A stretch of 64,000 nt of DNA from Thermodesulfovibrionia bacterium (GTDB lineage Bacteria; Nitrospirota; Thermodesulfovibrionia; Thermodesulfovibrionales; SM23-35), in contig JBGQLV010000004.1 in the NCBI GenBank assembly GCA_041500225.1, positions 14,463-78,462 on the forward strand. Reading direction: 5' to 3'. How positions within the stretch are numbered: the first letter of the stretch is position 1; the number at the start of each line of letters is the position of its first letter. The translations under genes and the position numbers were made by a program. This document shows positions 29,920-37,180 of this stretch, piece by piece. Below the pieces are notes generated by a model. It made no database searches, was not told the DNA's origin, and saw only the letters and a program-made list of their open reading frames with translations.

Positions 29920-30702
29920 ATGAATGAAGAATATACCGAAAAACACCAGAGACTCTCTTTAGAGGATAGATTCAAATTCTCATGCCATAAAGGGCTTCCC
30001 TGTTTTAACACCTGCTGTAATGATATAAATATCTTTCTTACACCTTACGATGTCCTGAGGATGAGAAGGTCGATTGAAATATCTTCTGGTGAGTTCTTAA
30101 AGAGATATACCGTCGCACTATTAGGAGATGAAGGGTTACCTTTGGTGGTGCTTAAGATGCTGGAGGATGAAAATAAAAGCTGCCCTTTTGTCTTGTCAGA
30201 TGGGTGCGGGATATACCAGGACAGGCCATGGTCATGCAGGATGTATCCCATATTCCCGGCTTCCTCGAAGGAAGAAGAGTTTTGGATAGAGGAAAAGCCC
30301 TCATGCCTTGGATCTAAAGAGGAAAAACAATGGACAATAGAAGAGTGGAAGAAGGCTCAGGGGATTGATATCTATGATAAAATGAATGAATCTTATAAGG
30401 TGATCACCTTTCATGATTATTTCCAGAAGGGGAATAAGCTTGATTCAGGAAAAGCGAAGATGCTTTATAAGGCCTGTTACGACATGGATGAGTTCAAGAG
30501 ATTCATCTTTGAAACCAGGTTTTTTGATATCTATGATATCGAGAAAGAGGGTATCGAAAAGATAAAAGAAGATGAAGAAGAACTCTTAAACTTTGGCTAT
30601 AGATGGGTAAGATCCAATCTATTTGGGGAAGATACCTTGAAACTCAAAGACAAGGAAATGGATAAGCTCCTGAAGGCCAAGAAGGAAGAATATTTAACCT
30701 AA
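29920..30702 (+). CDS. YkgJ/UPF0153 (COG0727) CxxCxxCC-type Cys-cluster protein, paralog 1
   Basis: 260 aa. RFKFSCHKGLPCFNTCCNDINIFLTPYDVLRM .. CPFVLSDGCGIYQDRPWSCRMYP. Confidence 0.75.
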   Translation: MNEEYTEKHQRLSLEDRFKFSCHKGLPCFNTCCNDINIFLTPYDVLRMRRSIEISSGEFLKRYTVALLGDEGLPLVVLKMLEDENKSCPFVLSDGCGIYQDRPWSCRMYPIFPASSKEEEFWIEEKPSCLGSKEEKQWTIEEWKKAQGIDIYDKMNESYKVITFHDYFQKGNKLDSGKAKMLYKACYDMDEFKRFIFETRFFDIYDIEKEGIEKIKEDEEELLNFGYRWVRSNLFGEDTLKLKDKEMDKLLKAKKEEYLT

Positions 30703-31217
30703 AGTAAGCCCCTGCCTTTTAATCCTTTTTTAATATGTTGCTCAAGCATAAAAAGGGTATTAAGTTCCTCACCTGCGATCTTTTGCAGGTGGATGAGTTT
30801 CTCTTTCTGAATACTTCTATGTATTCTCTGGCAGAGATAATTAACGCAGATTACCTCACGAGCCCTGAGGAGACATCCATTCTCTCCAAGGAAGTAACAA
30901 GAAGTGGTGTCATATGCCTGGCTGGGAAGGGTTCTCCCTAACAGGAGGTTTATCAATAAGAGCACCTCGTCATAGCTATTCTCCATGCCTGAGCCACAAC
31001 AACTGCCCTCTTTAATTGCACAATCTCTGCATTCTCTCACTATCCCGATGGAGACCATCTCCTTCCATGTCGCCTCAATATTCTGATCCAGATGGAGTAG
31101 CCGACTCCGGATCTCATTATCCTGAAGCAAGTCGTAACCAAAATTCGCTTGAAGATGATAGGTCAATGCGATTTTGTACTCAATCGAACTCTTGAAGTGC
31201 ATGACTAAATTTAGCAC
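30699..31217 (-). CDS. Divergent Cys-cluster protein (distant YkgJ-like)
   Basis: 172 aa. CRDCAIKEGSCCGSG .. CYFLGENGCLLRAREVICVNYLC. GTG start at 31217 with GAGG 5 nt upstream. The alternative ATG is at 31202. Confidence 0.55.
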   Translation of the reverse strand: MLNLVMHFKSSIEYKIALTYHLQANFGYDLLQDNEIRSRLLHLDQNIEATWKEMVSIGIVRECRDCAIKEGSCCGSGMENSYDEVLLLINLLLGRTLPSQAYDTTSCYFLGENGCLLRAREVICVNYLCQRIHRSIQKEKLIHLQKIAGEELNTLFMLEQHIKKGLKGRGLL

Positions 31218-31286
31218 ACTTTACCTCAGCTAATAAATATATCTTTTTGCTTGTAATTAATCCCATATGGTTGCCCTCCTTATAAG

Positions 31287-31439
31287 ACCTAAATTAAGCG
31301 ATTTTTTATGGTAAATGTCCTGTAGTTGCCATTGCGAGCTGCAGGCGAAGCAATCTCTTAAGTGAATCAGATTGCTTCGTCGTCCGTCTTTGGCAGACTC
31401 CTCGCAATGACATTTGAAAAAGAATCGTTCAATTTAGGT
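31287..31439. repeat. ~150-bp MITE-like nested palindromic element
   Basis: Outer arms acctaaattaagcgatt / aatcgttcaatttaggt. Middle arms cattgcgag / ctcgcaatg. Inner arms cgaagcaatc / gattgcttcg. Confidence 0.85.
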
Positions 31440-31720
31440 AAGAGTTAGTCCTCTTTAGAGGCAACCAAGATTTTTAGATGAGGCAATGATCCAATTTCGT
31501 GTAGATTTTTGATGAGGCAATTCGAAGACTTGAAAAAGAAGAGCAAGAACACTATAATGTCTTTGTAATACCTATTTCTTTCTCTCAGATGCAGGAAGTT
31601 GGTTTATGTGGGAAGAGCACAGCATAGTTGATGGAGGTACTCCCTGGGCATAACACAGTTAAAAGTTCTAAAAACATTTAACTGTTAACCTTATCCATTA
31701 TTCATTAAAGGAGGTCTCTT

Positions 31721-31999
31721 ATGGGTTATACAATGAATGATCTGAAAAATAAGATCCTCGAGATGTATCCTGAAATTTCAAGATATGCTATCGATGTCAG
31801 TCTTGAGTTCAGTGATCCGAAGAATGCCTATATTGTACATTTCAAGCATGAGAGAGGCAAGGATAAACATGAGCTTACGACACATCTCGAAAAGAAGGAT
31901 GCCGATGATTGCATGAATAATATCAAATGCGTTTATCTCGGTGTTCAGGTTGCCCAATTCATAAAGAATTTTGAACTTCAGGAGAAAGAGCTGCAATAA
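31721..31999 (+). CDS. Hypothetical 92-aa protein
   Basis: Strong SD AAAGGAGG. Charged soluble protein with two Cys (DDCMNNIKC). I recognise no family. Confidence 0.6.
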   Translation: MGYTMNDLKNKILEMYPEISRYAIDVSLEFSDPKNAYIVHFKHERGKDKHELTTHLEKKDADDCMNNIKCVYLGVQVAQFIKNFELQEKELQ

Positions 32000-32630
32000 T
32001 AAAGTAGGCGTGCTTTAAAGCACCCTTATCTCATTATATTCATGAATAACTAATAACTCATGAGATTTAGCAGAGCTGCCTACAGTCGTAGTAACCATCT
32101 TTGATAACACATTTAAGCTTATTTAATCCAGAGAGAGTCATTAAGATCTTTATAGGAAAAAAGAAAATTTTTGGAAGCTCAGAATTTTCAATAAAACCAA
32201 TAATGCCCCTTATAGCCAATTTCGTGTATCTTTTTCCCAGTTAACGAAATTTTGATTCATGGAAATCTTATAAGATAAATACCTACAAGCAAAGTATCAA
32301 AATCCTACAAAAAAATCAGAATTTTACCGATATTTTTTAATCATTCTCTGTTGTATAATACAATAAAACATTTAAAGGAGGTTAAGAAATAGTAAGGGAG
32401 GTGAGAAGAAAGATTACTTCGGTTTTAGTTTGTACTTTTAAAAAATTTTAACATAATGAAGAAGACTCTCGATGAAATTGAAATATTTTTACATCCTTAA
32501 GGTGGAATTTTCAGACGATGCAATCACTGAAAGAGAGATAGCGTATTTTTGAAAATAAGATTCTCTTTTATGACTTCCCGGTGAAAAAGGTTGTCAATCT
32601 TAAAAATGAACGGGCAAAGACTTTTAGCCC

Positions 32631-33659
32631 CTATATCTTATGAGCATATTTGATGGCTCTGTCCTTATCATGATATGCAATATGAGGCATCCCATCTGTA
32701 TCTATGGTAAGGGAAGTATACTGTACTGTGGTAGCATCAGAGTCAACGAGTTCAAAGCTCCAGATACCTTGGATATTCTTTGCTACTTTCAGTCTCCTCC
32801 CGGCCGAATAACTTATGTAGATATTGGAATGTGGATCTACCCCTATGGAATTAAACTGCCCTACAATATCTGCAGTCTCAACGATTTCGACTTTCCATTC
32901 ACCTCCAACCTTTTTCGCAAGCCAAAGGTCAGGTTTAGTTAGTTTTTTATCAATTGTATAACTTATGTAAGGATTCCCCTCTTTATCAAGGGAAAGGGAG
33001 GTGAAGTCGCTCACATATCCATTGTCATCTACAACTTCGATCTTCCAGTTATCACTTTCTTTAATTGCATATTTTAAGAAACCGTTATCACTGTCTATGT
33101 AACTGATTTGAATACGACCGCCGGAATCCACCTTGACAGAAGAAAATCCTCCGACAGCATTCGATTGATTCTGTCCGTCATCTACTATCTCTATTTTCCA
33201 TTGATCCCTATCCTTAACAGCAAGCTTAAGATAACCTTTATTAAAATTATAATAGCTGATATAGACCCTTTCCAGACTATCAACAAATATTGAGGTATCA
33301 ATACTTGCGAATGGCTCGTTATCTACTACATCAATTGTCCATCTGCTTCCATCAAATACTGCCATTTTTAATTGATTTTTCCCCTGATCCCTGTAGCTGA
33401 TATAAATTTTTCCTCCTTCACATTTTGCTAATGATAGAAATTGACCTACATTTCCTTCCTGATCTACCGTTTCTATAATCCAGCCTTTAGGGCCGCTTCT
33501 TGCATGTTTTAGATCGCCATTGAGATAATCATAGTAGGCTATATGAACCTTCTCTTTTGACTCAAGAACAAGGGATACATATTTTCCAACATCCCCTTTC
33601 TCCACCGTTTCAATGATCCATTTATCCTTAGATCCTGTATCATTCGTTGAGAAATCCAT
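32631..33659 (-). CDS. Seven-repeat (~47 aa) predicted beta-propeller protein with no signal peptide
   Basis: 342 aa. Seven repeats of the pattern W-x-[IV]-E-x-V-D..G.VG...S[LI]..D..G...I[SA]Y.D...G.LK.A. The N-terminus MDFSTNDTGSKDKW is hydrophilic. Confidence 0.7.
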   Translation of the reverse strand: MDFSTNDTGSKDKWIIETVEKGDVGKYVSLVLESKEKVHIAYYDYLNGDLKHARSGPKGWIIETVDQEGNVGQFLSLAKCEGGKIYISYRDQGKNQLKMAVFDGSRWTIDVVDNEPFASIDTSIFVDSLERVYISYYNFNKGYLKLAVKDRDQWKIEIVDDGQNQSNAVGGFSSVKVDSGGRIQISYIDSDNGFLKYAIKESDNWKIEVVDDNGYVSDFTSLSLDKEGNPYISYTIDKKLTKPDLWLAKKVGGEWKVEIVETADIVGQFNSIGVDPHSNIYISYSAGRRLKVAKNIQGIWSFELVDSDATTVQYTSLTIDTDGMPHIAYHDKDRAIKYAHKI

Positions 33660-33984
33660 TGTTTCAACCCCCTATCCTTCTATTTCATCATTTTCGTCTA
33701 TTCTGATATTATTAACAAATATCTTCGCCCTTTCTATAGTATTTTACGTCAATTAAAGACATAGACCATTTTATGAAGATTTTCTTAGTGGTCAACATTT
33801 AGAGAGAAGGTTTACTTTTTTCTTTTTTCATCTGGCTGTCTTTGGGAATAGAATCGTATCTGGAAAAGCGTCTTTAAATTGTTATTATGAACATTTAATG
33901 TTTATATGTTATATTAGTATAGAAATTTAAGTTGCTGATTTTACATTCAATAACTTTAAAGATTAAGACAGAAAGGATTAAACC

Positions 33985-34794
33985 ATGTTACTGGGTACAA
34001 AGTTTGTAGAACCTATTGAGCGCACATTGGATTCTAAATTCAAGTTCAGGTGTCATAAAGATATCAGTTGCTTTAATAAATGCTGTAAACTTACAAATAT
34101 ACTCCTTACCCCTTATGACATCCTAAGGATGAAAAAGAGGCTGGGAATTTCTTCAGGAGAGTTCCTTGAGAAATTCGCTTACACTCACATTGATGAGAAG
34201 TCCTCACATCCTTATGCAGTGCTTAAGATGATGGATGATAGTGAAAGGAAATGTCTTTTTGTGACACCTGAGGGCTGCAGTATTTATGAAGACCGGCCTA
34301 CTAACTGTCGATATTATCCTGTCGGTCAAGGGCTCATGGTAAAGCAATCAGAGAAAGGGCAAGTAAATGAGGGATTCTACTTCTTTATCAGGGAACCGAA
34401 TTGTCTCGGCTTTCAGGAAGACAAAGAGTGGACCATTGAGACATGGAGGATTGACCAGGGAGTTGACCTCTATGATGAAATGAACAGAGAGTGGAAGGAG
34501 ATTCAGTTGAGGAGGGACAATCCGGGTCAACCCAAGCTCGACGAGAAGAAGCAGTCCCTGATGTATATGGCAAGTTATGATTTAGACAAATTTAGAATAT
34601 TTGTTTCGGAAAGCAAATTTCTCGATATCCTCGATATTGATAAGGAAGAAGTCGAGAAGATAAAGGCTGACGAGATTGCGCTGATGAAGTTCGGATTCAA
34701 ATACTTAAAGTATGTTCTGATGCTTGAGGAAACATTGAAGGTGAAGGAAGAATATAGAAAGGGAAAGCATCCGCCCGAGGCGGAAGGTTCTTAG
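33985..34794 (+). CDS. YkgJ/UPF0153 (COG0727) CxxCxxCC-type Cys-cluster protein, paralog 2
   Basis: 269 aa. KFKFRCHKDISCFNKCCKLTNILLTPYDILRM .. CLFVTPEGCSIYEDRPTNCRYYP. Colinear with the 29920 product along its whole length. Confidence 0.75.
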   Translation: MLLGTKFVEPIERTLDSKFKFRCHKDISCFNKCCKLTNILLTPYDILRMKKRLGISSGEFLEKFAYTHIDEKSSHPYAVLKMMDDSERKCLFVTPEGCSIYEDRPTNCRYYPVGQGLMVKQSEKGQVNEGFYFFIREPNCLGFQEDKEWTIETWRIDQGVDLYDEMNREWKEIQLRRDNPGQPKLDEKKQSLMYMASYDLDKFRIFVSESKFLDILDIDKEEVEKIKADEIALMKFGFKYLKYVLMLEETLKVKEEYRKGKHPPEAEGS

Positions 34795-34823
34795 AGTTAA
34801 TTTATATTCGACGGAGGCATCAG

Positions 34824-35366
34824 ATGGCTGAGAGATGTGTAATTGGAACTGAGGAAAGAATTATTGACTTTATAACCGGGCAGCTATTCATTGATACTGA
34901 TGATGAAAGGATCAGACAGAAGATAGAGCGGCTTCTAATTGAAGAGAAAGGTTATTCAAAAAAGGATATTGAAGTTGACAGGGAATTCGAGATTGTTATA
35001 GGTGAAGAAATAAACAGATCAAAGGTTGACCTTATTGTAAGTGTTGAAGAAAAAATTTTCATGATTATAAAATGTGCTCGTGGTTCATTGATCTCGAGGG
35101 AGAGGGAGGTTCTGTCTTGTGCAAGGATCCTTGATACTTATATAATCCCTTTTGCTGTTGTCACCAATGGAGAGGATGCCGAAGTTCTGGACACTATATC
35201 TGGTGAAGTAATTAGCTGTGGTTTAGGAGCGATACCCTCAAAGAATCAAGTATTAGAAGCCCTCGGAAGAATTGAATTCAAGAGACTTCCAGAAAAAAGG
35301 ATTGAGAAGGAAAAGAGAATCTTTTTAGCATTTGATGCATTCAAATGTCCCTCAGAATGTGATTAG
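34824..35366 (+). CDS. Stand-alone HsdR_N-like (PD-(D/E)xK fold) domain protein
   Basis: 180 aa. ..KVDLIVSVEEKIFMIIKCARGS..PFAVVTNGEDAEVLD resembles the type I restriction HsdR N-terminal domain family. SD GGAGG. No hsdM or hsdS in the window. Confidence 0.5.
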   Translation: MAERCVIGTEERIIDFITGQLFIDTDDERIRQKIERLLIEEKGYSKKDIEVDREFEIVIGEEINRSKVDLIVSVEEKIFMIIKCARGSLISREREVLSCARILDTYIIPFAVVTNGEDAEVLDTISGEVISCGLGAIPSKNQVLEALGRIEFKRLPEKRIEKEKRIFLAFDAFKCPSECD

Positions 35367-35587
35367 GGGTGTTTTATTTTAGGCCCTTCTGGTTGTAAGC
35401 ACTTATTCATCTTCTTCCCGCAATGTGGACAATCGGGTATATCTTTACTATTGCTTTCCATATCCGACCTTCTGAGATCGATTTAAAGTGATTTGATACA
35501 ATTTTTTTTAAAATACATGGAAAGTTTACAATATAAAATATATTATTTATAACTCAAAAATCAAGATTCCCTATATAATTTATTTTA

Positions 35588-35730
35588 CTATTGAGGTTCT
35601 TGCAAAAGTCTCAAATGGGCACCCTCCCCAACCCCTCCCGTCAAGGGAGGGGCTTATTTATCAACCCTTTCCCCTGGTGGGAGAGGGCAAGGGTGAGGGG
35701 GTTGATGGAGTTTTGCAAGAGCCTCTATTA
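35588..35730. repeat. ~140-bp MITE-like element with GC-rich hairpin core
   Basis: Arms ctattgaggttcttgcaaaagtc / gagttttgcaagagcctctatta. Core cccctccc gtcaa gggagggg and ccctttcccctggtgggagagggcaagggtgaggggg. Confidence 0.8.
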
Positions 35731-35923
35731 ATATATTTTATTAATATATTTTATGGCTCTATTTTTTATTGACAAAAACATATGTTTTGTATTTAACTAA
35801 TACGCCTGAATATCTTCACAGAATATAAATGAACGTGCAATTAAATTATGCTATAACGTCATTTGGGATGTTCGAAATTTTTTTATATGCCTTGAGCATA
35901 TAACCATTATATGGAGGGATACT

Positions 35924-37177
35924 ATGGCAGCGGAGAAAACAAAAAGTATATTAGTTGTAGGCGGTGGAATCAGTGGAATAACCGCCGCAGTGGAGGCAGC
36001 CGAGGTAGGGTATGAAGTCACCCTTATCGAGAAGAATCCATACCTTGGTGGAAGGGTAACCCAGCTCAACAAATACTTCCCAAAGTTATGCCCACCAAAT
36101 TGCGGGCTTGAGATTAATTTCAGAAGGATTAAAAATAATCCGAGAGTAAAAATTTACACCTTAGCAGAGGTAGAAAAGATCTCTGGCTCCGAGGGTGACT
36201 TTGATGTAACGGTAAAACTGAATCCCCGCTATGTAAACGAAAATTGTACAGCCTGTAAAGCCTGCGTCGAGGTATGCCCGGTTGAGAGGCCAAACGATTT
36301 CAATTTCGGTATGGATAAAACAAAAGCCATTTATCTTCCTCAAGACTTTGCCTTTCCATTGAGATATGTTATTGACGATAAGTACTGCAAGAAAGCAGAA
36401 TGTGCTAAGTGTGTAGAGGCTTGCACATATAAGGCTATTGACCTCAATATGAAGGCTCAGAGCCTTTCATTAAAGGTAGGCTCTATTGTTTGGGCTACGG
36501 GTTGGAACCCTTATGATGCCACGAAAATTGATAATCTTGGATTTGGGAAGTATCAAAACGTCATAACAAATATGATGATGGAGAGGCTTGCCTCTCAAAA
36601 TGGCCCTACTAAAGGTAAAATCCTTCGTCCCTCTGATGGAAAAGAGCCCTCAAGGATAGTCTTTGTCCAGTGTGCCGGCTCCAGAGATGAAAATCACCTT
36701 TCATACTGCTCCTATGTGTGCTGCCTTGCCTCTATGAAACAGGCTACCTACATACGGGAGCAATATCCTGAGGCAGAGATATTCGTATTTTATATAGATA
36801 TTCGTACACCAGCAAGGGCTGAAAGGGTCTACCTCAGGGCACAGAAGGATGAAAAGATAAAGTTTATTAAAGGTAAGGTTGCCAAGATAGAGGAAGATCC
36901 TGCCACAAAGGACCTTACAGTTACCGCAGAGGATACCCTAACATTACAGAAGATTCATGAGAAGGTTAATCTTGTTGTCCTTGCCACTGGTATGGCTCCC
37001 ACCACTCAACAATGGAAAGTTCCTGCAAACATATCCTATGATTCAGACGGTTTTATTTTATCTAATGCTGGTATGTATGCTGCTGGTTGTGCCTTAAAGC
37101 CTATAGATGTCTACTCATCTGTCCAGACTGCTACAGCGGCAGCCCTTAAGACTATTCAATCTTTGGTGAGGAGGTAA
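35924..37177 (+). CDS. qmoA: Quinone-interacting membrane-bound oxidoreductase subunit A (HdrA-like flavoprotein)
   Basis: 417 aa. ILVVGGGISGITAA FAD fold and Cys clusters (CTACKACVEVCP). Positioned ahead of qmoBC. Confidence 0.85.
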   Translation: MAAEKTKSILVVGGGISGITAAVEAAEVGYEVTLIEKNPYLGGRVTQLNKYFPKLCPPNCGLEINFRRIKNNPRVKIYTLAEVEKISGSEGDFDVTVKLNPRYVNENCTACKACVEVCPVERPNDFNFGMDKTKAIYLPQDFAFPLRYVIDDKYCKKAECAKCVEACTYKAIDLNMKAQSLSLKVGSIVWATGWNPYDATKIDNLGFGKYQNVITNMMMERLASQNGPTKGKILRPSDGKEPSRIVFVQCAGSRDENHLSYCSYVCCLASMKQATYIREQYPEAEIFVFYIDIRTPARAERVYLRAQKDEKIKFIKGKVAKIEEDPATKDLTVTAEDTLTLQKIHEKVNLVVLATGMAPTTQQWKVPANISYDSDGFILSNAGMYAAGCALKPIDVYSSVQTATAAALKTIQSLVRR

Positions 37178-37180
37178 ATC

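Noticed and set aside
31180-31266. 28-codon upstream ORF with a strong SD (AAGGAGGG-7nt-ATG) overlapping the start of the 172-aa Cys-cluster gene in another frame; considered as evidence of a frameshifted pseudogene
   Set aside because: The main frame has a stop just upstream of its GTG (31217), and that GTG has its own GAGG at 5-nt spacing. An intact gene with a GTG start explains the data without invoking a frameshift. The uORF may be a leader or a chance occurrence.
31493-32229. 13-nt direct repeat ccaatttcgtgta flanking the 92-aa gene (31493 and 32217), considered as target-site or attachment repeats
   Set aside because: By my rough estimate, tens of chance 13-mer matches are expected in a 64-kb AT-rich window. 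The flanking sequence shows no extended similarity.
34824-35366. HsdR_N-like protein considered as part of a type I restriction-modification or defence system
   Set aside because: There is no hsdM, hsdS, helicase or ATPase gene anywhere nearby. The domain stands alone, and by eye it lacks the ExK glutamate. I therefore treat it as an island component of unknown role rather than an R-M system.
35363-35461. 32-aa minus-strand ORF MESNSKDIPDCPHCGKKMNKCLQPEGPKIKHP (half zinc-ribbon)
   Set aside because: It has only a weak SD-like sequence, overlaps the stop of the HsdR_N-like gene, and is too short to support without conservation data.
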